From positions 602,763 through 666,762 of the forward strand of contig JACPDA010000004.1 in assembly GCA_016184225.1 (NCBI GenBank): a stretch of 64,000 nt of DNA, read 5' to 3'. Made by a program: the position numbers and the translations under genes. This DNA comes from Candidatus Daviesbacteria bacterium (lineage in GTDB: Bacteria; Patescibacteriota; Microgenomatia; Daviesbacterales; UBA10151). The notes below the pieces were generated by a model. That model was not told where the DNA came from. It was given only the letters and a program-made list of their open reading frames with translations, and did not search any database. How positions within the stretch are numbered: position 1 is the first letter of the stretch; each line of letters starts with the position of its first letter. Positions 18,490 through 26,255 of the stretch are shown here, piece by piece.

Positions 18490-18565
18490 TGGGGTGGCTG
18501 AGGGGAGTTGAACCCCCCACATTCTGTTCCACAAACAGACGCTCTACCGCTGAGCTACAGCCACC
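18490..18565 (-). tRNA. tRNA-His (anticodon GTG) with genome-encoded G-1 and CCA
   Basis: Acceptor GTGGCTG/CAGCCAC preceded by an extra 5' G, anticodon stem TCTGT/ACAGA with loop TTGTGGA. CCA is encoded. Confidence 0.85.
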
Positions 18566-18623
18566 ATAGACTCAAAGTCTACCACATACAGCTTTCGCTC
18601 ACAAATACATATTACTTCGTACT

Positions 18624-19298
18624 TTAGCCTTCCACACCGGGTGTGGAATCGTAAACGTCATCCAGTTGGTGATGCTTAAGTATTTCTAGCTCCATTCCAT
18701 AATCCACCTGAGCTATTACGAATTTTTCGTAGTCTTTTGAATTTTTAAATAACCCCAAAACTATATCTGGAACACATATTATTGGTTTTATTAAATATTC
18801 CTGATAAGAAGACCAAGGGTATTTGTCTATACTTTTAATTAGTTTAGAAACTACCGGATTTAGATGGATATACCGGGATACGTGTACTAATTGTTCATCA
18901 TTTTCAATCCTAACGGCCTTAAACCTATTTTGCCATAACGGACCAACCCGGTTATATTTAGTATTGAAATACTTAGAATAACTATTACAAAACTGCTGAA
19001 TAAAACGACTAGCCCCATTATCTTGTAATTGCCTGATCAAGAAGTGAAAATGGTTGGGCATAAGGCAATATCCGATAATTTCAACATATTTCTTGTCGGA
19101 AATTGGTTTTGAAAAATTTAATTTTGCTTTGCTAAAAAAAGAGAACTTGGGCTTCTTGCCGGAAAACTGATAATAGTAAAATGTTTTTCTGAAACGGTCA
19201 TAATCTCTTGGCTGAAGAAAAATATCTCGCTTTTCACTTCCTCTGTTAAAAAGGTGGTAAATCTCTCCTGTTATAATTGGTGATGTTCTTCCGGGCAT
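18624..19298 (-). CDS. tnpA: IS200/RAYT-like Y1 tyrosine transposase
   Basis: YCLMPNHFHFLI HuH motif and the downstream catalytic Tyr region (VSRYIHLNPV). Paralog of the 43244..43915 gene. The true start is probably M53 (MPGRTSPIITGEIYHLFNRG); the longer ORF to 19454 runs through the terminal hairpin. Confidence 0.7.
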   Translation of the reverse strand: MPGRTSPIITGEIYHLFNRGSEKRDIFLQPRDYDRFRKTFYYYQFSGKKPKFSFFSKAKLNFSKPISDKKYVEIIGYCLMPNHFHFLIRQLQDNGASRFIQQFCNSYSKYFNTKYNRVGPLWQNRFKAVRIENDEQLVHVSRYIHLNPVVSKLIKSIDKYPWSSYQEYLIKPIICVPDIVLGLFKNSKDYEKFVIAQVDYGMELEILKHHQLDDVYDSTPGVEG

Positions 19299-19345
19299 AT
19301 CTTCTACTTTAGCTTTCCACACCCGAGGTGTCAACCTATGGCCCT
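18628..19345 (-). mobile_element. IS200-like insertion sequence (about 720 bp, single Y1 transposase, subterminal hairpins)
   Basis: Hairpin TTCCACAC-CGG-GTGTGGAA at 18630-18648 and TTCCACACCCGAGGTGTCAACCT at 19315-19340, in the same orientation, flank tnpA. The size matches IS200. Confidence 0.5.
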
Positions 19346-19346
19346 C

Positions 19347-19368
19347 TAAAAAAGCCCCTTGCGGGGCT
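19347..19368 (-). terminator. rho-independent terminator after the GH5-like gene
   Basis: Minus strand reads AGCCCC-GCAA-GGGGCT followed by TTTTTT. Confidence 0.55.
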
Positions 19369-19512
19369 TCCTTAGAGAACCTGTCAATATCGGTCTTGCG
19401 ACTGATAAAGAAACTTTTTGTCTTACGACTGAAGTTTTTAACAGGTTTAATCACTTTACATCAGCGAATATACTCTGTCAACTGGGACAAAACGGATCAA
19501 AATATAGCAAAA

Positions 19513-21378
19513 TTACTGGGAAAAGGGCAGCAGTTTCCAGAATTCAGCGGGGTGTAGGATAGCTGAAAGCAGATCAGGTTGCAATGTTCCAAAATCCAGA
19601 TCATTAACTCCTGTATAAACTTTTTGGTTTAAGGTTTTAGGTTTATAGAAAGGCTTTTCCAGGGAAAATTCAAAGGGATAATCAGGTAACAGATACCTGG
19701 CTTCTATCTCGCCGGAGATCCCTTGCTTATTTAAAGTAATGCTTTGTGCGCTTTCCCCGCTTACCCCCTTAACCTTCAGAGTGTAAGTACCTGTAAAGTC
19801 CCTCTTCCACCCCAGCGCGCCTATAATTTTTAAGATGACTGGTGATTTCACTTCAGTTGTAAAACGTAGCGGTTTGGATTCAAATTGTTTGCCCCCTATA
19901 AATAAATTTAAGGAGACTTCGTATGTTCCGCTTTCCGGGGCTTTTAATTTCAGGTTAAAAGTATGCTCTCCTCCCGGTTCTATTTTTTTGTCTTTTGGCA
20001 AGCTGACACTATCAATCCCCAGTTCACGGCCGCCTGCAAGGGGAACCAATTTTACCTGTTCTGCATCATTCCAAATGGATTGGCCCGTGTTTTTAAAAGT
20101 TAAGGAAATTATATAGGTTTCTCCCATTACTATAGAACTATATATTTCACCTTTTGTCAGACTTGCCTTTGTTTCCTGGAGCGGTTCTCCGGCCACCTTT
20201 GGCAAATCCATTATTGTTTGATACATGGAATAATACTCCGGATACTGAACACCTAAAATCCTGATATCGGGTAGTTTTTCCTTTTGTTTCTCTCCGGTTA
20301 TTTTCTTAAAAGAGAAATGATCAAAAGGAGCCTCCTGATAGCTTAGTAAGAAAGGGGTGACTGCAACAATTCTGTCAAGATTCCAGGCATTTTCAAAGGC
20401 TTTTTGCAAATTCACAGATACAGTATCAGCATCAGGTAATTTCGGATCGTAGTTAATTCCTTCCGCATGTTTCCAGCCGGTTTCGGTAATAAATATGGGT
20501 AGCTTTTTATTGACCCCAAGATTTTTGAGCTGCTCCATCTCCCAGACATAAGTCCTGACGGTTCCGCGGCCACTGGCATCAGGTGACCCGGCAAATTCCG
20601 GATTAGGATAAGAGTGTGATGTCCAACCGTCCAGCTTTTCGAAAATACCAGGCACGGCTTCCTCCATTAACCTCATAAAAGTGACCTGATCTTCGTACTT
20701 AGGCGCCTTCGGAGGAGCAGAGGCATCAAAACCGCCGTTGAGTACAAAAAAGTCTCTATTTTTGTTTTTTAGCGCTGTAATAGTCCGATCCAGCACTTTT
20801 GCATAATCTTTAGCGTCAACATTATTTCCCCATTCGCTGGCATGATTGGGTTCGTTATAAACAATTACATAACGGTTTTTAGTGGGCCAGATTAAGGCAT
20901 CTAAAAAATCAGCCCAAGCCTCCTCTTCCCCCTCGTAAGGCCTTTTCCAGTAGTTACCTTCCGGTTGGGTAGCTAACCTAACAATGGGGATTAAGTGCCG
21001 GCGGCGCAGGTCATTAAAAAACTCCTGCCATTTATTATGATCTCTGTCCTTACTCTCGACCAAAACTGTAATGTAGCCCCAGTCGCCGTGAGTATTAACG
21101 AGTGAAGCGGCAGGTGAAGATTCGTCGGGAGTAGCCTGGAGGATGTGAATACCGAAGCGGTTGTTCGGGACAGAAAGAGGATCGGTAATGGCATAGGTAG
21201 GGAACAGGGTACAGGGGACAGTGAACAGGAAAAACAAGAGCGCAATAATACTGTAACCTGTAACCTTCAACCTGTAACCTCTCTCTTGACCTTTGGGTTT
21301 ATTTCGGGTAATAATGGATATTATGTTAGAAATAGAGGAACCTATTAATGTTTGGGTCTTTTTTAAAAGTAACCTCAT
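19513..21378 (-). CDS. secreted glycoside hydrolase, GH5-like (beta/alpha)8 with C-terminal Ig-like region
   Basis: N-terminal TM/signal. VIVYNEPNH (NEP acid/base) and FITETGW (nucleophile Glu) motifs typical of GH5-type clan GH-A. Beta-rich C-terminus. Confidence 0.5.
   Translation of the reverse strand: MRLLLKKTQTLIGSSISNIISIITRNKPKGQERGYRLKVTGYSIIALLFFLFTVPCTLFPTYAITDPLSVPNNRFGIHILQATPDESSPAASLVNTHGDWGYITVLVESKDRDHNKWQEFFNDLRRRHLIPIVRLATQPEGNYWKRPYEGEEEAWADFLDALIWPTKNRYVIVYNEPNHASEWGNNVDAKDYAKVLDRTITALKNKNRDFFVLNGGFDASAPPKAPKYEDQVTFMRLMEEAVPGIFEKLDGWTSHSYPNPEFAGSPDASGRGTVRTYVWEMEQLKNLGVNKKLPIFITETGWKHAEGINYDPKLPDADTVSVNLQKAFENAWNLDRIVAVTPFLLSYQEAPFDHFSFKKITGEKQKEKLPDIRILGVQYPEYYSMYQTIMDLPKVAGEPLQETKASLTKGEIYSSIVMGETYIISLTFKNTGQSIWNDAEQVKLVPLAGGRELGIDSVSLPKDKKIEPGGEHTFNLKLKAPESGTYEVSLNLFIGGKQFESKPLRFTTEVKSPVILKIIGALGWKRDFTGTYTLKVKGVSGESAQSITLNKQGISGEIEARYLLPDYPFEFSLEKPFYKPKTLNQKVYTGVNDLDFGTLQPDLLSAILHPAEFWKLLPFSQ
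21251..21285. repeat. CCTGTAA heptamer array (4-5 units), in frame in the GH5-like gene N-terminus
   Basis: ctgtaac ctgtaac cttcaac ctgtaac. Same unit and DNA orientation as the tkt array but read on the opposite coding strand (GYRLKVTGYS). Confidence 0.7.
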
Positions 21379-21560
21379 ACAGCCTTACTCCTTTTTCTGG
21401 CACGGTAGAGAAATTAAAATAGATAAAATCAATTTAGTCCACACTTCCCGAAACGGTTCTTCGCTATTTTACCATTTTTCCGTAATGTCGGGAGGAAACT
21501 TTTACAGATTGAGGCTTGACACTAATAGAATGCGTTGGATACTGGAGGCAGTTGAAGAGG

Positions 21561-21635
21561 GATAGCTATCAGTCATCAGTCTTCAGCTCTCAGACTAAAA
21601 ATAAATCTGACGACTGAAAGCTGACAGCTGACGAC
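21561..21635 (+). repeat. bipartite heptad-repeat element A (TATCAGY x4, A-rich spacer, TGACGAC x4), ending 4 nt before the dinB ATG
   Basis: tatcagt catcagt cttcagc tctcagac + taaaaataaa + tctgacgac tgaaagc tgacagc tgacgac. Shares tcagtcttcagct with the copy inside gatD. Confidence 0.65.
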
Positions 21636-21639
21636 TACT

Positions 21640-23097
21640 ATGCGAAGCATACTACATATTGACTTCAATTCTTATTTTGCTTCTGTTGAACAACAGGCAA
21701 ATCCCCGGCTGCGGGGTAAACCAATTGGTGTTACAGGTGGGGATAGGATGCACAGGACAGTTTTGGGTGCAGCTTCAATAGAAGCCAAAAGGTTTGGTGT
21801 TAAAACCGGGATGCAGATTTGGGAAGCCAGGAAGCTTTGTCCACAAATTATCCTGGTGCCAGGAGATTCGGATAAGTATTTGGAGATAACTAAACGCTTT
21901 TTAAGTATTTTAAAAGACTACAGCCCTGCCCGCATTGCTTCGTCCACCAGTAACGCTTCGCGTAACGATGCGGACTGGCAAAGCGATGCAGGCGGGCCAT
22001 ATTTGGAGGTTTTTTCTATTGATGAATGTTTTTTAGAATTGGTGAATACTTCAGTCGGCAGCCCCGCTCTCTTGCTCGCTAACGCAAGCGTCCTGCGGTC
22101 CGATATGGATCGGACCTCGGATACGCTCGTCTTCGACTCGTCTAGAGCTTGCTGCGTTCGGAGGCAGCCTCCTTCTGCTACAGAGATTGCTTTTGATATT
22201 AAAAGTAGAATCCGGACTGAAATAGGCGAATACATTACCTGTTCTATTGGCATCTCTTACAATAAACTGATGGCCAAACTGGCTGGATCTTTACAAAAGC
22301 CTGATGGTCTGGTAATCATTCCCAACCAGGAAGAGGCGATTAAAGTTTTAGACAAAATAGAACTGGATGAAATTTGCGGCATCGGGCCAAGGATTAAGAA
22401 AAGGTTAAACAACTTAGGAGTATTTAATTTTTACCAGCTAAGGCAAGTTCCTTTAGAAAGCTTACTGGCTGCCTTTAAAAGCTATGGTCAGATCCTTTAT
22501 AACATGGCCAGGGGTATTGACCATTCACCTGTAGTGCCTTTTTACCAAAAAGAAGAAGTAAAAAGTATCGGTCACAGACATACTATAGATCATGATACTG
22601 CCGACCCAAAAGAGATAAAACAAATTCTACTCAAACTGTCTGAGATGGTAGCCAGAAGACTCAGGGCTAAAAGATTGGTTGGCAAAACCATCCATTGCTG
22701 GTATCGGGAAGCATTCTACTCCCGATTCCACCTGGAAGGTGAAAAAATGCAGCTACACCTTCCAGGTGAGTTTAATGGTAACAGCATGCAAATGACTATT
22801 CTCTATACCAATGATGGTTTGGATATCTTTAAAGCTGCCTGGAAAATTTTTCATCAGATCTGGAATACGGAAAAAATTAGGATGGTTGGTATCTCCATCT
22901 CCAACCTTAAACCCCAAACCCCGCAAAATTTAAGTTTTTTGCCTGAAGAGCAAAGAAAAGAGATAATCACCAAAGCTTTGGATAAAATTAATGACAGATA
23001 CGGTGAATTTACCCTGCAACGCGGCATCCTGCTTCAATCTGCTTCCATCAAAAGAAAGCCCAACCCCTTCCTAGCTGACAGAAGATTCAGACTTTAG
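21640..23097 (+). CDS. dinB: DNA polymerase IV (Y-family) with two GC-rich in-frame insertions
   Basis: ILHIDFNSYFASVEQ, FSIDECFLEL, SIGISYNKLMAKLA and C-terminal little-finger motifs. 485 aa, against about 350-400 typical. Confidence 0.8.
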   Translation: MRSILHIDFNSYFASVEQQANPRLRGKPIGVTGGDRMHRTVLGAASIEAKRFGVKTGMQIWEARKLCPQIILVPGDSDKYLEITKRFLSILKDYSPARIASSTSNASRNDADWQSDAGGPYLEVFSIDECFLELVNTSVGSPALLLANASVLRSDMDRTSDTLVFDSSRACCVRRQPPSATEIAFDIKSRIRTEIGEYITCSIGISYNKLMAKLAGSLQKPDGLVIIPNQEEAIKVLDKIELDEICGIGPRIKKRLNNLGVFNFYQLRQVPLESLLAAFKSYGQILYNMARGIDHSPVVPFYQKEEVKSIGHRHTIDHDTADPKEIKQILLKLSEMVARRLRAKRLVGKTIHCWYREAFYSRFHLEGEKMQLHLPGEFNGNSMQMTILYTNDGLDIFKAAWKIFHQIWNTEKIRMVGISISNLKPQTPQNLSFLPEEQRKEIITKALDKINDRYGEFTLQRGILLQSASIKRKPNPFLADRRFRL

Positions 23098-23114
23098 TGT
23101 GATATCATTAAACC

Positions 23115-24065
23115 ATGAGAATTATTGTTACCGGCGGAGCCGGATTTTTAGGTTCACACCTTTGCGACAAGTTAATTGAAAGAGGAGACCAGGTAATTGC
23201 CATAGACAACTTGTTAACCGGCAGTCCAAACAATATAGCCCATTTGCAAAACAGCCCTGACTTCCAGTTTATAGAAGCTGATGCTAACGCAGCTTTGCCC
23301 GAGGATCTGGATTTTGATCAACTTTACCACTTAGCTTCCCCTGCCTCCCCTAATAAAAATAACGCTCAAAGCTATATGGCTTTGCCTTTTGAAACCATGC
23401 AGGTAAATTCCTTTGGAACCTGGAGTCTGTGTGAAGAAGCCCTTGCCCGGGGGGCTAAGTTTCTATTTGCTTCTACCTCTGAAACTTACGGTGACCCCCT
23501 GGAACACCCTCAAAAAGAAAGCTATCGGGGCAATGTTTCTACCACCGGCCCCAGGTCTGTTTATGATGAATCCAAAAGATTCGGCGAAACTATCACTTCT
23601 GCTTTTATCCGCCATCAAAGGTTGGACGGCAAGATGGTCCGGATTTTTAACACCTATGGACCCAGGATGTCTTCTGACGGCAGGGTGGTGATTGAATTTG
23701 TTCGGGCAGCCCTACAAAATAAGCGCTTCCCTGTATTTGGTGACGGCAAACAAACCAGATCTTTCTGCTATGTGTCTGACTTGGTAGACGGGATCATAAC
23801 CGTTATGGATAAGGGTGAGAAAGGTGAGGTATACAACCTGGGAAACCCCAAAGAATTTACAATTTTGGAACTGGCTGAGGTTGTAAAAAAGCTAACAGGG
23901 GCGAATTCGGAAGCTGAATTTGTGGAGAACTTGCCGGAGGATGACCCGGCCCGGCGCTGCCCAGATATTACTAAAGCCAGAGGATTGGGCTGGGAGCCTA
24001 AAATAGGGCTGGAAGAGGGTTTAAAGAAATTAATTGTACATCTGCAAACAATGAAGACACCCTAG
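23115..24065 (+). CDS. NAD-dependent epimerase/dehydratase, UDP-glucuronate decarboxylase (UXS)-like
   Basis: TGGAGFLGSHL Rossmann motif, YDESKR (YxxxK) and extended-SDR layout similar to UXS/ArnA-type decarboxylases. Confidence 0.7.
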   Translation: MRIIVTGGAGFLGSHLCDKLIERGDQVIAIDNLLTGSPNNIAHLQNSPDFQFIEADANAALPEDLDFDQLYHLASPASPNKNNAQSYMALPFETMQVNSFGTWSLCEEALARGAKFLFASTSETYGDPLEHPQKESYRGNVSTTGPRSVYDESKRFGETITSAFIRHQRLDGKMVRIFNTYGPRMSSDGRVVIEFVRAALQNKRFPVFGDGKQTRSFCYVSDLVDGIITVMDKGEKGEVYNLGNPKEFTILELAEVVKKLTGANSEAEFVENLPEDDPARRCPDITKARGLGWEPKIGLEEGLKKLIVHLQTMKTP

Positions 24066-24189
24066 GTGACTGCCTAATCCACCCCCCAGGTGAATTTTGC
24101 TAAATAGATCTCAAATTGATAGAATACTCACAGTTGCACATTGACATCTGAACTGGCAAATAATGTATACTAATTGCATAGGTCTTAAT

Positions 24190-24909
24190 ATGAGAGTTAG
24201 GTTAAATGAAAGAATATTGGCACGGCAACTGAGGGAACAAGGACTCAGTTTTAGTGAAATCATGCAAAAAATTCCAAATCTTTCTAAAGGTACTCTTAAT
24301 GGATGGCTTAAAGGGGTTGAGTTATCTGAAAACCAAAAACAGAGATTATTTGCAAGGATTAAGGATGGAGCCACAAAAGGACGGCTTAAGGGAGCTTTTA
24401 CGAATCATCAAAGGAGGATGGAGATTACTTTTGAGATTATTAATAGTGCTAAGAAGGAAGTTGTAGAAAGAATTATGAATCCCCTTTTTACAATGGGAGT
24501 TATGCTTTATTGGGCAGAGGGGGATAAGTCTCAGGAACGGGTTGGTTTTACAAACGCTGACCCCACTATGATTCAGTTCATAATGAAATGGTTTAGGGAA
24601 GTTTGTGGAACGAGTGAAGAGAAGTTTAGGGTCGCCTTAAGTATTATGACTTTACACGACAAAAACGCATCAGAGAAATTTTGGTCAGAAATTACCGGAA
24701 TACCCTTAAGTAGGTTTAATAAAACACGGATTAAACAAACACTTCTAAGGGGTAAAAGAAACCCCTCTTATATGGGGACGTGTAGAATAGTTATTTCTGA
24801 TAAGAATTTATTCAGGAAGATAATGGGCTGGAAGATGGGAATTATAGAAAACTTTAAAATATTTGCCCCCGTGGCTCAACGGATAGAGCAAGTGAATTCT
24901 AATCACTAG
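24190..24909 (+). CDS. HTH-domain hypothetical protein (possible LAGLIDADG-like motif LYWAEGDKS)
   Basis: ILARQLREQGLSFSEIMQKI helix-turn-helix. The longer ORF starts at 24163 but a TTGACA-17-TGTATACT promoter overlaps that ATG, so M10 at 24190 is more likely. The 3' end runs into tRNA-Arg. Confidence 0.4.
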   Translation: MRVRLNERILARQLREQGLSFSEIMQKIPNLSKGTLNGWLKGVELSENQKQRLFARIKDGATKGRLKGAFTNHQRRMEITFEIINSAKKEVVERIMNPLFTMGVMLYWAEGDKSQERVGFTNADPTMIQFIMKWFREVCGTSEEKFRVALSIMTLHDKNASEKFWSEITGIPLSRFNKTRIKQTLLRGKRNPSYMGTCRIVISDKNLFRKIMGWKMGIIENFKIFAPVAQRIEQVNSNH

Positions 24910-24937
24910 GTTGGGGGTTCGAATCCCTCCGGGGGCG
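24865..24937 (+). tRNA. tRNA-Arg (anticodon TCT)
   Basis: Acceptor GCCCCCG/CGGGGGC, D-stem GCTC/GAGC, anticodon stem AGTGA/TCACT with loop ATTCTAA, T-arm GGGGGTTCGAATCCCTC. Confidence 0.8.
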
Positions 24938-24939
24938 CA
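24923..24939 (+). repeat. 17-bp direct repeat copy 1 (ATCCCTCCGGGGGCGCA, the tRNA-Arg 3' end)
   Basis: Identical 17-mer recurs at 25538-25554. Confidence 0.75.
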
Positions 24940-25047
24940 CTACAAAAGGTTGGACTTGGAAATGAGTAACCACCTAGCGAAGCGGGGTTCGCTCTCCGCC
25001 GTAGGCGGAGCTTACTTGTTAAGATCCTTCCAGGCGCGCAGCGAAAT

Positions 25048-25398
25048 TTGATTCCTATGAAACCTGAGAAAATTATAGATGAAGCATGCATAGGTGATAT
25101 AGAGCAGGGTACCGTACCCTTACCTACCAAGAATTCGAAAAAACCTTTGATTATGGCAGTTGAGTTTGAGGAAACAATTGAAACTCCGGATCAACTATTC
25201 AAAGGCTTTAAGAGACTTCGGTTAACGGAATGGTTTAAAAGGCTAAAATCAAACAAGCAAAGAGTAGTTCCGTTAATGCCGCATAAAAAAAGTACTTTGT
25301 TGGTTATAGGAATTGGTACGGTTTTTGCAATTGGTATGGCGTACAAAGGCTATAGAAATTACAAGGATAAGCATAATCCGCAAAAAAAACTAAAATAA
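25048..25398 (+). CDS. hypothetical protein with C-terminal TM helix
   Basis: 116-aa ORF inside the repeat-bounded islet. Single hydrophobic helix near the C-terminus. Confidence 0.35.
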   Translation: MIPMKPEKIIDEACIGDIEQGTVPLPTKNSKKPLIMAVEFEETIETPDQLFKGFKRLRLTEWFKRLKSNKQRVVPLMPHKKSTLLVIGIGTVFAIGMAYKGYRNYKDKHNPQKKLK

Positions 25399-25485
25399 TC
25401 CCACAAGTTTACCGTCTTTATCAATATCAACCCTTTTCCCTGCAGGAGAAGAGGGAAAAACCCGGTATAGTCCGCATTTCACCCA
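25395..25485 (-). pseudogene. duplicated 3' fragment of fhs (formate-THF ligase)
   Basis: About 90 nt roughly 85% identical to 26262-26350, the last codons of fhs. Frame is disrupted. Confidence 0.5.
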
Positions 25486-25504
25486 TCTAAAGTCCTGATT
25501 ACAT

Positions 25505-25527
25505 GATTACACCCTTGGGGTGTAATC
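25505..25527. repeat. REP-like hairpin GATTACACCC-TTG-GGGTGTAATC
   Basis: Same family as 31978-32000 and 35808-35834. Confidence 0.7.
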
Positions 25528-25537
25528 CTAGCATTTG

Positions 25538-25554
25538 ATCCCTCCGGGGGCGCA
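25538..25554 (+). repeat. 17-bp direct repeat copy 2 (ATCCCTCCGGGGGCGCA)
   Basis: Exact repeat of the tRNA-Arg 3' end, 615 bp downstream. attL/attR-like. Confidence 0.7.
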
Positions 25555-25573
25555 GATTTTGGGTTCTAAGAAA

Positions 25574-25617
25574 GGGTGTCAACCTAATACACCCTCCGGG
25601 TGTAAAGCTGTAAAGCT
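25574..25617. repeat. REP-like element GGGTGTCAACCTAATACACCCTCCGGGTGTAAAGCTGTAAAGCT
   Basis: Near-identical to the right end of the IS200-like element at 43949-43985. Confidence 0.7.
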
Positions 25618-25636
25618 ACATCAGCCGATCTTATAT

Positions 25637-25975
25637 TTACCTGTATTGGGTCCTCCACGGATAAAGCTTGATCCAGGCTGCCAGTATTGTGGCCAGGCCT
25701 ATTATCACTAAAGCCCATAAAGCAGAGGCGAGAGTACTAAAGCCCAGTGCAAAAGGAGCCAGCACCGCCCCCACACCCGCTGCGCCGATTACCCAGTATT
25801 CCCATCTTTCCTTATCTGCCGCAATTCCCTCAAGGATAGAAGCCACGATCAAAACTGCCCCCACAATTAGGCTAGCCCAAAGGGCAGCTGAATTAGTGCT
25901 ATAACCAAACATGTATGGAGAAACTATTGATATTAACCCCAGAAATCCGGTTAATAAATACATACCGTTTTTCAC
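25637..25975 (-). CDS. small membrane protein with internal duplication (SPW-repeat-like)
   Basis: Two similar halves, each with a pair of TM helices (VSPYMFGYS and LAPFALGFS). Confidence 0.4.
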   Translation of the reverse strand: MKNGMYLLTGFLGLISIVSPYMFGYSTNSAALWASLIVGAVLIVASILEGIAADKERWEYWVIGAAGVGAVLAPFALGFSTLASALWALVIIGLATILAAWIKLYPWRTQYR

Positions 25976-26255
25976 CTCCTGCTTGCTTGACTAAACCTTA
26001 ACCCTTTGGCAGGAATTTTTCAGTGAGATGCATTACATTGTAACCAAGATTACTGAAAAGATACCTTTTTAGATATATAAATGAAACTATGAAGAAAGTT
26101 ATTAAAGAATCAATCAGGAATTCCATATTCGGGGCATTATTTACCCTCTGGACAGCTCCTATAGATGACCCAAAAATGGATATATCGCGGGTTAAAAAAC
26201 AGCATAGGATGACCAGTAATTGGTTTCCTAATGATTTAATTATCGGCCACAGACC

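Noticed and set aside
18566-18623. Possible att site linking tRNA-His to IS200-like element 1
   Set aside because: The IS lies 60 bp from tRNA-His, but no duplicated tRNA segment was found. IS200-family elements do not use tRNA att sites, so proximity is probably coincidental.
24906-25130. Minus ORF 24906..25130 (74 aa)
   Set aside because: Spans the tRNA-Arg 3' end and the GC-rich hairpins. The translation is an artifact of GC-rich palindromes.
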